A stretch of 64,000 nt of DNA, from positions 9,083-73,082 of the forward strand of contig JAZLGG010000003.1 of NCBI GenBank assembly GCA_045616185.1, given 5' to 3'. This document shows, one piece after another, positions 32,423 through 42,998 of this stretch. Source of the stretch: Paludibacteraceae bacterium (GTDB taxonomy: Bacteria > Bacteroidota > Bacteroidia > Bacteroidales > Paludibacteraceae). Under the pieces are notes generated by a model. That model saw only the letters and a program-made list of their open reading frames with translations. It did not search any database and was not told the origin of the DNA. The translations under genes and the position numbers were made by a program. Each line of letters opens with the position of its first letter. Within the stretch, counting starts at the first letter, position 1.

Positions 32423-34339
32423 TTAACGATAGCGTTTCTGTTGCGCTTTGGCCTGTTCGCGGGCCATGCGGCGTTGCTCCTGCTGCATCTTTTCCAGCCG
32501 TTCCATAAAACGGCTCTTTTTGGGATTGGCAGCCCGTTTCTTGGCATTTGCCTCCATCTGGGCAAGAATCTTCTTGTCATCCGTACACCAGCGGAAAATC
32601 ATGGTCTGCAGGATGGTGAAGAACAGGCTGAGCAGGTAATAGTAACTCAAACCGGCGGCATAATCGTTGAAGATAAACAGGAACATGAGCGGCATGAGAT
32701 ACATCATGTATTTCATGAATTTCATGTTCGGGTCGGTGGCCTGCTGTTGCATGGTAATGAAGGTGTAGCCGAAGTTGGCCACGGTCATCAACAGGCAGAA
32801 CAGGCTGAGGTGGTCGCCGAACAGCGGAACGGAATGCCCCCAAGAGAGAATGGCGTCATAGGCCGACAGATCGTCCGCCCAAAGGAAAGACCGGCCGCGC
32901 AGTTCGATGGCCGTCGGGAAAAACCAGAACATGGCCATCAAAATAGGCATTTGGAAAAGCATCGGCAGACAGCCGGACATAGGATTGACGCCTGCCCGTT
33001 GGTACAAAGCCATGGTGGCCTGCTGGCGTTCCTGCATCTTTTCGGGGGGATACTTGGCGTTGATTTCGTCCATCTGCGGACGGAGGACGCGCATCTTGGC
33101 CGATGACTTATAGGAAGCGAAAACGAAAGGCAGAATGATAAGTTTGATAATCAGCGTCATCAGCAGGATAACCCAACCGATATGCAAGCCCGAACGCATA
33201 ATCCAATCAAAGACGGGGAAAGTGAAAATCTGGTTAATCCAGATGATGATACGCCAACCCTGCAACACCAACTCCTTCATATTGAGCCGGTCCGCGGATT
33301 CCAGGCCGTCGTCATAGGATTTGAGCAGGTTGTAATTGTTCGGCCCCATGAAGAAACGGAAGGAGGTGGCGGTCTTGCCGGTCAGGTCAAAAGCGACGCT
33401 GGTCTTGGTGCGATATTCCTTGATGTAGCGCGAGAGTTGGTCCTGCGGCGTTGATTCGAATTCGGAAGACGAGAACGCATCGTCCGCAATCATGACCGTT
33501 GAGAAGAACTGGTCCTTGTAGCCAATCCAGCGGATACGGGCGGATTCGCGCTTGGTGTCGTGTTTCTGCTCGCTCATGCGCTCTTGGTCGCCGCCAATCA
33601 GCATGTATTGCAGGTGGGCGTACCGTTCTTCGAACTTGCGGCCGCGCTCCTGCTGGGGGATAAGTTGCATCCACTGCATCTCCAAGGAATTGACATTCTG
33701 CGCCATCACGTTCTGTACATGGTGCGGCTGAATGCTGAAGCCGACCATATAGTCGTTCTCGTGCAGCGTATAGACAAAGTCGATATAACTATCCTCTACG
33801 TCCGTCTTGAGGCGCATGATTACATTCTGCGGATTGGGTTGTATCGGCTCAAAATACAGGTTGCGGGTGGAAAGAATGCGGTTGTTGGCCGTAACGAGGG
33901 TGAAGGCCATAGAACTCTCGTCCTCGCGGAAGAGACGCAGGTTGTTGACGGTGTCGCCGTAGGCTCTGTATTCCTTCATTTCCGCTTCGCGGATAGTGCC
34001 GCCTTTGGCTCCGATATGCAGGCGGAGTTTGTTGTTTTCAAGGATAATCTCCTGCCAATCGTCACCGGTAGCGGCCGGTGCGAAAGGACCGTAAATATCC
34101 GCTATTTGGCGTTGCAGCAATGTCTCGTCCACAACGCTATCCTCTTTTTCTTCCGCCAAATCAGCGGTAATCTGTGCGCTGATGCGCTCCGCCTCTTCTT
34201 CCATCTGATGCACCATAGCGATGCTGTCGTTCTTCCGTTGACGCTCAGCCAACTCTTCTTTGGAAGGCCGGTTGAGCATAGAAAAGCCTACGATAATGGC
34301 GGCTATAAGCAAAAATCCAATCCAAGTGTTTTTATCCAT
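32423..34339 (-). CDS. yidC: membrane protein insertase YidC
   Basis: Whole track ORF. N-terminal TM, large periplasmic P1 domain, and a conserved C-terminal 60-kDa IMP core (GCLPMLFQMPILMAMF). Confidence 0.95.
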   Translation of the reverse strand: MDKNTWIGFLLIAAIIVGFSMLNRPSKEELAERQRKNDSIAMVHQMEEEAERISAQITADLAEEKEDSVVDETLLQRQIADIYGPFAPAATGDDWQEIILENNKLRLHIGAKGGTIREAEMKEYRAYGDTVNNLRLFREDESSMAFTLVTANNRILSTRNLYFEPIQPNPQNVIMRLKTDVEDSYIDFVYTLHENDYMVGFSIQPHHVQNVMAQNVNSLEMQWMQLIPQQERGRKFEERYAHLQYMLIGGDQERMSEQKHDTKRESARIRWIGYKDQFFSTVMIADDAFSSSEFESTPQDQLSRYIKEYRTKTSVAFDLTGKTATSFRFFMGPNNYNLLKSYDDGLESADRLNMKELVLQGWRIIIWINQIFTFPVFDWIMRSGLHIGWVILLMTLIIKLIILPFVFASYKSSAKMRVLRPQMDEINAKYPPEKMQERQQATMALYQRAGVNPMSGCLPMLFQMPILMAMFWFFPTAIELRGRSFLWADDLSAYDAILSWGHSVPLFGDHLSLFCLLMTVANFGYTFITMQQQATDPNMKFMKYMMYLMPLMFLFIFNDYAAGLSYYYLLSLFFTILQTMIFRWCTDDKKILAQMEANAKKRAANPKKSRFMERLEKMQQEQRRMAREQAKAQQKRYR

Positions 34340-34347
34340 TCTGTCAG

Positions 34348-34851
34348 TTATTTTTTTCTATTATATATATTAAAGGTGTAATCGTACGGGTTGTTTTCGT
34401 CCGCCGTGTGCAGTTCTTCTTCCGTCAGTTCCCATTCATCGGGGCGTATTTCCGGAAAGAACGTGTCGGCATCCGGCCACGCGTGCCGTATATGCGTGAT
34501 ATACAACCGGTCCGCCAACGGCATGAATTGGCGATAGACCATGCCTCCGCCGATAATGAAGTATTCGGTATCGGACGTACCGTCCCGACGGACAATATCC
34601 ATGATTTCGGAGATAGAGTAGGCGGCTTCGGCTCCGTCAAAAGTCTTGCCGGCTTGGTCCGTCAGCACGATGTTCCGGCGGTTGGGTAGCGGGTGACGCG
34701 GCAAAGAGAAGAAAGTGCGTTCCCCCATGATGACGGTTCGGCCTTGGGTGACGGCCTTAAAATGGCGCAAATCGGCCGGAAGGTGGCACAAAAGGCCTCC
34801 TGCTTTTCCGATGGCGTTGTTTTCGGCTATGGCGACAATGATAGACAACAT
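34348..34851 (-). CDS. folA: dihydrofolate reductase
   Basis: Whole track ORF. IVAIAENNAIG, LPADLRHFK..T.G..VIMG..TF.SL, IIGGG.VY. Confidence 0.93.
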   Translation of the reverse strand: MLSIIVAIAENNAIGKAGGLLCHLPADLRHFKAVTQGRTVIMGERTFFSLPRHPLPNRRNIVLTDQAGKTFDGAEAAYSISEIMDIVRRDGTSDTEYFIIGGGMVYRQFMPLADRLYITHIRHAWPDADTFFPEIRPDEWELTEEELHTADENNPYDYTFNIYNRKK

Positions 34852-34873
34852 GCGGTTGTGCGTTATTTAAGCG

Positions 34874-35668
34874 TTAAACACTGACTTGGCCCGCGATATG
34901 AGGATGCGGGTCGTAGTTCTCCAAAGTGAAATCCTCGTAACGGAAGGAAAAAATGTCCTTGACGTCCGGATTGATTTTCATGACAGGCAGCGGCCGCGGT
35001 TCGCGGGTCAGTTGCAACTGCACTTGTTCAAGGTGGTTCAAATAGATGTGCGCGTCACCGAGTGTGTGGACAAAATCACCTGCCTTGAGTCCGGTAACCT
35101 GCGCCATCATCTGCAAGAGCAGCGCGTAACTGGCGATATTGAACGGCACGCCGAGAAAGATGTCTGCGCTGCGCTGGTAGAGTTGCAGGCTGAGCCGTCC
35201 GTCTGCGACATAGAACTGGAAGAGCGAGTGGCACGGCGGCAAAGCCATATTGTCCACCTCCGCCACATTCCATGCACTGACAATCATGCGGCGTGAATCG
35301 GGTGTGTTTTTGATTTGGTTGACCACATTCGTAATCTGGTCAATTGTTCCGCCATGATAGTCCGGCCAACTGCGCCACTGGTGGCCGTACACGGGGCCGA
35401 GTTCGCCGTCGGCGTCTGCCCATTCGTTCCAGATACGCACACCGTGTTCCTGCAGATAGCGGACATTGGTGTCGCCATTCAGGAACCAAAGAAGTTCGTA
35501 AATGATGGATTTAAGGTGCAGTTTCTTGGTAGTAAGCAGCGGGAAACCGTCTTCCATGCGGAAACGCATCTGGTGTCCGAACACGCTGACGGTGCCTGTG
35601 CCGGTACGGTCCTGTTTCCGTGCGCCCTCCTCAAGAACGCGTCTGCATAAGTCCAAATATTGTTTCAT
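34874..35668 (-). CDS. thyA: thymidylate synthase
   Basis: Whole track ORF. DRTGTGT.S.FG, active-site [21 protein letters not shown]. Confidence 0.97.
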   Translation of the reverse strand: MKQYLDLCRRVLEEGARKQDRTGTGTVSVFGHQMRFRMEDGFPLLTTKKLHLKSIIYELLWFLNGDTNVRYLQEHGVRIWNEWADADGELGPVYGHQWRSWPDYHGGTIDQITNVVNQIKNTPDSRRMIVSAWNVAEVDNMALPPCHSLFQFYVADGRLSLQLYQRSADIFLGVPFNIASYALLLQMMAQVTGLKAGDFVHTLGDAHIYLNHLEQVQLQLTREPRPLPVMKINPDVKDIFSFRYEDFTLENYDPHPHIAGQVSV

Positions 35669-37776
35669 CAGTATAGTTTATATGTCGTTTTAAGTACCCG
35701 AAATTCCGTACGCCGGTTAATCTGGTTGCATATATCCTGCTGGTCCCTGGGCAGAGACAGGATAAAGGCCTCGTCCAACACTTGGTCTTGCGGAATGAAC
35801 GGATATTTGCCGTGCAACACCTTGTCCGCCACCACGGGTTTGGTTTCACCGTAACCGACCGGCGTCAGACGTTCCTGTTCAATGCCTGCTTTAATCAGGT
35901 AATTGACAACGGACTGCGCGCGTTTCTCGGACAGGACGGTGTTGGATTTGTCGTCACCTACCATGTCGGTGTGGGCGGATAGTTCGATGGTGATGTTCGG
36001 GTTGTCGTTCAGCAGTTTGACCAGTTGTTGCAAACCGTTTTCGGACTCCGGCGTCAGATCCCATTTGCCGAACTCATAGAATATATTTTCCATTGTGACA
36101 GGCTTGGAGATGAGCGGCAGAACGAAATTCAGCGTATAGGTGCGGCTGTCGTTCAGGTTGAGCGTATTGAACTCGTTTTTTTGATTCAGGTACCCGCGCG
36201 AAGAAGCCAACATGACATAGTGCGCGTCTTTTTGGACTTTCAGGCGGTAGGTGCCGTCGTGACGAATCTGAATCTTTTGGTTGGTGCCGTTGTCGCCTAC
36301 CAAACGCAGGGTTCCGTCCGAAACAGGTTCGCCCTGAGGGTCGGTAACGGTACCCTCCACAAGGAAAATCATTTCCGGCAAATAGAAACTGTATATCTGG
36401 TCTATACCCTTTTTCTGTCCGCGGTTGGAAGAGAAGAAACCGTTTTCGGTATTGCCGGCAAAGGTAATGCCGAAATCGTCCCCGTTGCTGTTGAAGGGCG
36501 TTGCCATATTGAACAAATCCCACAACATCAGTCCGTTACTGTCCGTTCTGTTTTGCGGAACGGCTTTGAATATATCCAACCCGCCGTAACCAGGATGCCC
36601 GTTGGAAGAGAAATACAGCGTTCCGTCCGTACGGATGCAGGGGAACAGTTCGTCGCCGGATGTATTGATTTGCGGTCCGAGGTTTTGGGCGTTTATCCAT
36701 TTGTCCCCTTCCAGTTCCGCCATCCAGATGTCTTTTCCGCCATAGCCGTCCGGGGCGTCCGAAGCGAAATAGAGGGTGTCGCCCGTAGCATTGATGGCCG
36801 GATGGCCGACGGTGATGCTACTGTCCGTGAACAGTTTGACTTCACGCGCCTCGCCCCATTCGCCGCCGGCACGATCGGAGCGGTAAATCTTGGTTCCCAA
36901 ATCCTGTCCGTTGACGGGGAGGGAGTAGGTGAAATACATTGTCTTGCCGTCAGCGGTAAACGAGCATACTCCTGTTTCCATCGTCCCTGTCTTGTCGGTA
37001 TCGGTACTGTCGCCGGCTTGCTGGCCGTTATCTTCTCCGTTGTACAGACCTTCCGCCAAAGCGATATCCAACCACTTGCCGTTAGCGTCCATGCGGCTGG
37101 AAAAGAGATTGAACGTTTGGGCACCTGTAACGGGGCTGTTACGTTTGACTTTCTTGGTCTTGCTGACTTGGCGGTTGCTGGTGAACATGACGGCGTCCGC
37201 GTCCGAACCGATATAGGCCGGAGCGAAATTGGAGGTGCGTTGCTGGTTAAATTCCTTGGCAAGGCTGACTTTGTAGCGGCTGGGTTGTTTTTTCCATTCC
37301 GCTATCTGCCGGCAGGCATATAGCCCTCCTTGGGCTACATAATCGTCCGGATGGGCCTGCAAATAGAGCGTGTAGTTCTTTTCCGCATCTTTGTATTTGC
37401 CTTGGTACTGCTGCACTTGGGCCAAACGCAGGTAAACGATATCGTCCGGATAACGGTACCGGACGGCGTTTTGGTACGCGCTGGCGGCGCGGCTGTGATT
37501 AAGGATGCGATAACACTCGCCTTGGTTGAAGGCGATGCGGGCTTTGAGCGGCTTGTCTTTTTTGGGGCTGATGCGCGAATAGACCGATTTGTAGATGTCT
37601 GCGGCATCGTAGTATTCGCCGATAGCGAACTTCTTGTCCGCCCGTTTGATTTTGGTATTGATGCCGCAAGCACTCAGTCCGGACAGGACAAGTGCCAACA
37701 CTGTCAGTATGTAGAGTCTGTGTTTCACACTACGTTTTATTGAGGGTCTTCCGAGAGGCCCGGTTGTGGGTTGCAC
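35668..37776 (-). CDS. OmpA-family lipoprotein with TPR and TolB-like beta-propeller regions
   Basis: Whole track ORF. Start is GTG 37776 or GTG 37728 ([21 protein letters not shown], lipobox). C-terminal OmpA domain ([11 protein letters not shown]...[25 protein letters not shown]). Confidence 0.85.
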   Translation of the reverse strand: MQPTTGPLGRPSIKRSVKHRLYILTVLALVLSGLSACGINTKIKRADKKFAIGEYYDAADIYKSVYSRISPKKDKPLKARIAFNQGECYRILNHSRAASAYQNAVRYRYPDDIVYLRLAQVQQYQGKYKDAEKNYTLYLQAHPDDYVAQGGLYACRQIAEWKKQPSRYKVSLAKEFNQQRTSNFAPAYIGSDADAVMFTSNRQVSKTKKVKRNSPVTGAQTFNLFSSRMDANGKWLDIALAEGLYNGEDNGQQAGDSTDTDKTGTMETGVCSFTADGKTMYFTYSLPVNGQDLGTKIYRSDRAGGEWGEAREVKLFTDSSITVGHPAINATGDTLYFASDAPDGYGGKDIWMAELEGDKWINAQNLGPQINTSGDELFPCIRTDGTLYFSSNGHPGYGGLDIFKAVPQNRTDSNGLMLWDLFNMATPFNSNGDDFGITFAGNTENGFFSSNRGQKKGIDQIYSFYLPEMIFLVEGTVTDPQGEPVSDGTLRLVGDNGTNQKIQIRHDGTYRLKVQKDAHYVMLASSRGYLNQKNEFNTLNLNDSRTYTLNFVLPLISKPVTMENIFYEFGKWDLTPESENGLQQLVKLLNDNPNITIELSAHTDMVGDDKSNTVLSEKRAQSVVNYLIKAGIEQERLTPVGYGETKPVVADKVLHGKYPFIPQDQVLDEAFILSLPRDQQDICNQINRRTEFRVLKTTYKLY

Positions 37777-37785
37777 GGACAGGTT

Positions 37786-39030
37786 TTATTCCAGTTCGTG
37801 GATAACCAGTCCGGACCGCAGTTTGGGTTCGAACCAAGTGGTCTTAGGCGGCATGATGTTGCCCGAATCGGCAATATCGATAATCTGCTGCATAGTAACG
37901 GGGTAGAGGGCCAGGGCTATCTTCATCTCGCCGGAATCGACACGGCGTTTTAGTTCACCTAAACCGCGTATTCCCCCAACGAAATCAATGCGTTTGTCCG
38001 AGCGCAGGTCCTTGATGCCGAGTATCTTGTCCAGAATAAGGTTGCTGGAAATCGTAACGTCCAATACGCCGATGGGGTCGTTGTCGTCGTATCTCCCCGT
38101 TCGGGCAGTAAGGCTGTACCATTCGCCGCTGAGATAGAGGCTGAAATTGTGCAATGCGGCAGGGCGGTAAATGTCCGTACCTTTCTTCTCTACGATGAAG
38201 TCTTGACTCAACGCGTTTAGAAACTCGCCTTCGCTTAATCCGTTCAAGTCCTTGACTACACGGTTGTAATCAATGATATTCAACTGATTGTCAGGGAAAC
38301 ATACGGCCAAGAAATAGTTGTATTCCTCATTGCCTGTATGTTGCGGATTCTGCAGTTTCTTTTCGTTACCGACCAACGCAGCGGCGGCGGAACGGTGGTG
38401 TCCGTCGGCAATGTACATCGCCGGTATTTCGGCCATGATGCGCGTAATGTCGGCAATCATGGCATCGTCGTCAATGACCCAGAACCGGTGACCGAAACCG
38501 TCAATCTGCGCCGTGAAATCGTATTCGGGCTCGCGGGCGGTGACTTGGGCGATGATAGCGTCCAAATCGTCTCGGTGGCGGTACGCAAAGAATACGGGTT
38601 CGATGTTGGCGTTGTTGACACGCACATGCTTCATACGGTCTTCCTCCTTGTCGCGGCGTGTCAGTTCATGTTTTTTGATGCGCCCTTCCATATAGTCCTC
38701 CACCCATGCTGCCACGACCAGACCGTATTGGGTGCGGCCGTTCATGGTTTGGGCATAGACATAGTACTGCTCCTTGTCGTCCTGACGGAGCCATCCGTTT
38801 TGGCGGAAGAGGTCGAATTGTTGACGTGCGCAAGGATAGACGCGTTCGTCATGCTCGTCAGTACCGGCCTCGAAGTTGATTTCGGGTTTAATGATATGGT
38901 ATAGCGACATCGGGTTGCCCTCCGCCTCGCGGCGGGCTTCATCGCTGTTCAGGACATCATACGGACGGCTATTGACTCGCTCCACCAACTCCTTGGGCGG
39001 GCGGATGCCTCTAAACGGTTTTACTCTCAT
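37786..39030 (-). CDS. DUF1015 domain protein
   Basis: Whole track ORF. MRVKPFRGIRP N-terminus and IADGHHRSAAA motif characteristic of DUF1015. Confidence 0.85.
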   Translation of the reverse strand: MRVKPFRGIRPPKELVERVNSRPYDVLNSDEARREAEGNPMSLYHIIKPEINFEAGTDEHDERVYPCARQQFDLFRQNGWLRQDDKEQYYVYAQTMNGRTQYGLVVAAWVEDYMEGRIKKHELTRRDKEEDRMKHVRVNNANIEPVFFAYRHRDDLDAIIAQVTAREPEYDFTAQIDGFGHRFWVIDDDAMIADITRIMAEIPAMYIADGHHRSAAAALVGNEKKLQNPQHTGNEEYNYFLAVCFPDNQLNIIDYNRVVKDLNGLSEGEFLNALSQDFIVEKKGTDIYRPAALHNFSLYLSGEWYSLTARTGRYDDNDPIGVLDVTISSNLILDKILGIKDLRSDKRIDFVGGIRGLGELKRRVDSGEMKIALALYPVTMQQIIDIADSGNIMPPKTTWFEPKLRSGLVIHELE

Positions 39031-39404
39031 GACTGTTTCTTGGCGTTTTGGGGTGCGACGGTTTCTTTGCTCATGGAGCAGGTACCGTTGAATAGGGCAT
39101 TGGGCTCGACAATCAGTGTCTGGGTAATTACATCGCCTTTAATATGGCCTGTGGCGCGGAGTGCCAGGGTCTGCTGAACCGTAATCTTACCGTCCACATT
39201 GCCCAATATCTCTGCATTTTGGCATTGGATAGTTCCTTTCAGCATTCCTTTTTCCCCGATGACCGTCTTGCCGGCGCATTGCAGGTCGCCCTCAACGGTA
39301 CCGTCTATGCGGATATCGGAGTCGGCGATAATGGTGCCGATAATCTTGCTGCCGGCTGTCAAAGCATTGTACAATGTGCCGGACTGTTGTTGTGTAGTTG
39401 CCAT
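39027..39404 (-). CDS. bactofilin (polymer-forming cytoskeletal protein)
   Basis: Track ORF 39027..39482(-). Start at MATTQQQSG (ATG 39404). Beta-helical repeat pattern I.G.I....D..I.G.VEG.L typical of DUF583. ATGA overlap with the downstream gene. Confidence 0.85.
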   Translation of the reverse strand: MATTQQQSGTLYNALTAGSKIIGTIIADSDIRIDGTVEGDLQCAGKTVIGEKGMLKGTIQCQNAEILGNVDGKITVQQTLALRATGHIKGDVITQTLIVEPNALFNGTCSMSKETVAPQNAKKQS

Positions 39405-39443
39405 AATTTTGTATGTAAAAAGATTAAACGCAAAATTAACGTG

Positions 39444-39451
39444 CAAAGATA
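39444..39451 (-). promoter_or_regulatory. -7 box (TATCTTTG) for the bactofilin-DUF1015 operon
   Basis: Reverse complement of caaagata, 39 nt upstream of ATG 39404. Confidence 0.5.
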
Positions 39452-39534
39452 CATTTTTTTCTTCACATGTGCAAGCGCGCAAACTTTTTTATGAAAATAT
39501 ATAGGAAAAATTTGCAAGGTTGATAATTTTTCTG

Positions 39535-39542
39535 TATCTTTG
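39535..39542 (+). promoter_or_regulatory. -7 box (TATCTTTG) for the small ORF and ompH
   Basis: TAnnTTTG match, 19 nt before ATG 39562. Confidence 0.5.
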
Positions 39543-39561
39543 CAAACCATAATTGTACAAA

Positions 39562-39771
39562 ATGGAAAAACTTTTGATTGTCATAGGATTGGTTGCTTGT
39601 GCGGTGGCGTTACTCTGTGTCCGCATCATTTTGTGCAAGGACGGACGCTTTTCCAGCCAGCATATATCGCAGAACCGGTTGATGCGCAGGCGGGGTATCC
39701 ATTGTGCCGTGTCGCAGGACAGGGAGGCGCGTGGTGAGACTAAAAAACATTTGGATGTCAATAAATTATAA
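39562..39771 (+). CDS. small hypothetical membrane protein (69 aa)
   Basis: Track ORF 39553..39771(+). ATG 39562 (MEKLLIVIGLVACAVALLCV) lies 19 nt after a TATCTTTG box. One N-terminal TM helix. No family recognised. Confidence 0.4.
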   Translation: MEKLLIVIGLVACAVALLCVRIILCKDGRFSSQHISQNRLMRRRGIHCAVSQDREARGETKKHLDVNKL

Positions 39772-39792
39772 TAATCTTTAATCATTTTTTTT

Positions 39793-40392
39793 ATGAACAA
39801 AATTCAAATTATTCTCAATGTCGTTTTCGCGGCCGCTTTGGTTGCTTTGTTTGTTGTCGTTTATGGCATCAAGACGAAACCTTGTTGTAATCATGGTGCT
39901 GCCGGTACGGCCGTTGTAGCGGAAGGCAACATGCCGATTGCTTACCTGAATGTGGACAGCCTGTTGGTTAACTATGTGTTCGCACAAGAGGCGCAAGACA
40001 AACTGTACAACAAACAGGAGGACGCTACAGTCAAACTGAACACCAAGGCCCGCACCTTGCAAAATGAAATGGCTGATTTCCAGAAGAAATTGGATAACAA
40101 CGCTTTCTTGAGTCAAGAACGTGCCCAAAGCGAATACCAGCGCCTGCAGAAGAAGGAACAGGAACTGAACGAACTCCGTGACAAACTGGCGCAGGATATT
40201 ATGGCGGAGAACCAGCAACTGAACATGCAGTTGGCGGACTCGCTGAACGCTTTCCTTGCGGAGTTCAACGCTGACGGCCGTTTCCAAATTATTATGAGCA
40301 ATACCGCCCATGACAATATTTTGATGGCTGCCGACGGTTATGACGTAACCGATGCGGTTATCAGCGGTATGAACGCCCGCCTGAAGAAATAA
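39793..40392 (+). CDS. OmpH/Skp-family periplasmic chaperone
   Basis: Whole track ORF. N-terminal TM/signal segment, then a coiled-coil region rich in Q/E/K/L (LQNEMADFQKKLDNNAFLSQERAQSEYQRLQKKEQEL). Confidence 0.88.
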   Translation: MNKIQIILNVVFAAALVALFVVVYGIKTKPCCNHGAAGTAVVAEGNMPIAYLNVDSLLVNYVFAQEAQDKLYNKQEDATVKLNTKARTLQNEMADFQKKLDNNAFLSQERAQSEYQRLQKKEQELNELRDKLAQDIMAENQQLNMQLADSLNAFLAEFNADGRFQIIMSNTAHDNILMAADGYDVTDAVISGMNARLKK

Positions 40393-40415
40393 TCGGATTT
40401 TTGCTTGCGGATATC

Positions 40416-42209
40416 ATGTTGCGTAAGTGTAACTTAATAACCTGTCTGTTGTGTTGCGCGTGGATGATTCCATGCGCAACTGCTCAAAATATACCGGTCA
40501 GTCTGTCCTACACCCGAATCTATGATTTTTTGGATGAACTGACCACGGACGGCGTTATCCAACTCAATGAGGCAGTCCGCCCCTATACGCGCCGTCAGAT
40601 TGCGGGGATGTTGTTGCAGGCGCAACAGGGCGACACCTTGTTGAATGGCCGCCAAAAGGCGGATTTGGCTTTTTTCCTAAACGAATATGCCATGGAGCGC
40701 GATACGATGAGGAACGGCTTTGTGCAATATACGGACCATAGAACGTATAATCTCAGTCTGGCCGACCCGCAGTTCTCGTACATGACGGCGAACAAGATGT
40801 TCAAAATGCAGATTCGTCCCATCCTCGGTATGGATGTGATTGCGTCCCAAAAGGGGGCTATCATCAAACGCTGGTGGGGTGCTGAACTGCAAATGGATAT
40901 TGCTCACCATGTGAGTATATGGGGTTCACTCCGCGACATATCGTGGAACGGAAAAGTCGGGTTGAGCGACAAGTATTTTCCGGACATTTATGCCAAAATC
41001 GATGGGGCTAAACTGACCAAAGGTCCCTATCTGAACAACTTGAGCGGTGTGCAGTACAAGGAGGCCAATTACGGCGGCGATTTTTCGGACTCGAAAGGCG
41101 GTATCAATCTCTATGCGTGGTGGGGTAGCATAGGCATCCAGCGGGAAAATATCCGTTGGGGTGACGCTTACCATTGTTCCAATATCCTGTCCGGACGCAA
41201 TCCGGCTGTCCCGATGGTTACTTTGCAACTGACGCCGGTCAAATGGTTTCAGTTCGATTACTTTCACGCTTGGCTGATTAGCAATGTGTTGGATTATGAC
41301 CGCTACTATGTTGAAAATACAGTGGATAGGTTCAATAAACGGATTGAGACTTTGGAGTACCGGCCGCACAATAAGTTTATGGCGGCTAACATGTTCACTT
41401 TCATGCCGATTAAGTACATCCATTTTTCGTTCGGCAATTCAATTGTCTATGCGGAAAACAATGTGCAGGCGGCCTATTTTATTCCGTTTGCTTTCTATAA
41501 GTCGTTGGACCATCTGCTGACCAAAGGCACATTGAAGCAGAACCAAAATTCACAGGCGTTCTTCTCGCTGACGGTCCGTCCTACCGACCATCTTAAATTG
41601 TACGGTTCGTTCTATATTGACGAGATAAAGTGGGAACGCTTCAAATCATCCAATCCGCAATACAACCCGATATCATATCTGGTGGGTTTTGACTGGAGCG
41701 GCTGGCCGCTGAAGGGATTGAGCCTCAAAGGAGAGTTCATGCGCTCGTATGTCGCCTGCTATACGCATTCAATCGAAGTACTGACCTATGCGTCCAACAG
41801 TTACAACATGGGGCATTATATGGGGGACAATGCGCAGAGTATATTTGTGGAACTCAGTTACCGTCCTATAAGAGGGATGCAGATAGGGCTCAGCTACACA
41901 AATGACACGAAATACAATATGTACGAATATATCCGCGGCGATGTGGGAGACATTATTTCGCAAAAGCCGTTCGACAAGAAGATATTTCATAATGACGAGG
42001 TCAAATTGGATTTTACCTACGAGGTACATCCCAATATGTATCTGGTCGCCAATGTAATGTACAATAATGCGGTGACGTATGACAACCCGACAGGAACATG
42101 CACCAGCGAAATAACGGGTACTGCGGAGGAGTATTTGAACAGTCTGTATCCTAAATTTTATCAGGGTAAGAATATAACCGCCACAGTCGGTTTCTCATTT
42201 GGATTTTAA
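40416..42209 (+). CDS. Wzi-like outer-membrane beta-barrel protein (capsule assembly Wzi family, tentative)
   Basis: Track ORF 40401..42209(+) starts at TTG; ATG 40416 is preferred. N-terminal helical motif YDFLDELTTDGVI......PYTRRQIAGML resembles Wzi. The rest has a beta-strand pattern and ends in F. Confidence 0.6.
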   Translation: MLRKCNLITCLLCCAWMIPCATAQNIPVSLSYTRIYDFLDELTTDGVIQLNEAVRPYTRRQIAGMLLQAQQGDTLLNGRQKADLAFFLNEYAMERDTMRNGFVQYTDHRTYNLSLADPQFSYMTANKMFKMQIRPILGMDVIASQKGAIIKRWWGAELQMDIAHHVSIWGSLRDISWNGKVGLSDKYFPDIYAKIDGAKLTKGPYLNNLSGVQYKEANYGGDFSDSKGGINLYAWWGSIGIQRENIRWGDAYHCSNILSGRNPAVPMVTLQLTPVKWFQFDYFHAWLISNVLDYDRYYVENTVDRFNKRIETLEYRPHNKFMAANMFTFMPIKYIHFSFGNSIVYAENNVQAAYFIPFAFYKSLDHLLTKGTLKQNQNSQAFFSLTVRPTDHLKLYGSFYIDEIKWERFKSSNPQYNPISYLVGFDWSGWPLKGLSLKGEFMRSYVACYTHSIEVLTYASNSYNMGHYMGDNAQSIFVELSYRPIRGMQIGLSYTNDTKYNMYEYIRGDVGDIISQKPFDKKIFHNDEVKLDFTYEVHPNMYLVANVMYNNAVTYDNPTGTCTSEITGTAEEYLNSLYPKFYQGKNITATVGFSFGF

Positions 42210-42224
42210 TAAATATGGAGTGAT

Positions 42225-42998
42225 ATGAAACATATTTTTACAATTTTTGTTTTGTTTTGTGCTTGCAGTGCTGCCTATGCGTGGGATGCTACAGGACATC
42301 GCATTGTGGCGGCGGTAGCCTATCAGTATTTAACGCCTCATGCGAAAAAACAAGTGGACCGTGTTTTGGGCAAACGAGGCATCATCTATTATGCCGCTTG
42401 GGCGGACGAAATCCGTTCGGACACCATTTATCCGGATAGTCCCGACTGGCATTATCAGGATTTGGATGTCGGTTTGGGTGACTCTGTTTTGGTGGCTACA
42501 CTGACCGATTATCCCAAAGAGGGTGGACGGTTGTGGCGCAAGACGGACAGCCTGACAGCGGCTTTACGTGCGGACAAAATGAATCCCGATTTGTTGAAGT
42601 TTGTCGTACATTTGACAGCAGACCGTTTCTGCCCGATGCATATGGGACGGGTGGAAGACAAAGGTGGCAATGCGGTCAAAATCAAATGGTTCGGTGCGCC
42701 TGCCAACCTGCATTCTTTGTGGGACGGATTGATAATAGCCTCGTATAATTACTCTTTCCCGGAATATACGACTTTCCTGATAGACACTTATGGCGACCGC
42801 AAAAAAGACTTGGAGCAACTTTCCCGTGCGGATGAGTTGCGTCACAATTACGATATGACGCAGCGTATCTATAACTATACGGCTACATGGCAGGGGAATT
42901 GCTATAAATACATCTATGATTGGAAGGACGAAATGAACCTGCAACTCTATACGGCCGGTGTCAAATTGGCGCGGTTGTTGAATGAAATATACCGATGA
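42225..42998 (+). CDS. S1/P1 nuclease family protein
   Basis: Whole track ORF. Signal peptide followed by AWDATGHRIVA; WADEIR; DWHY; HL.AD...PMH. Confidence 0.88.
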   Translation: MKHIFTIFVLFCACSAAYAWDATGHRIVAAVAYQYLTPHAKKQVDRVLGKRGIIYYAAWADEIRSDTIYPDSPDWHYQDLDVGLGDSVLVATLTDYPKEGGRLWRKTDSLTAALRADKMNPDLLKFVVHLTADRFCPMHMGRVEDKGGNAVKIKWFGAPANLHSLWDGLIIASYNYSFPEYTTFLIDTYGDRKKDLEQLSRADELRHNYDMTQRIYNYTATWQGNCYKYIYDWKDEMNLQLYTAGVKLARLLNEIYR

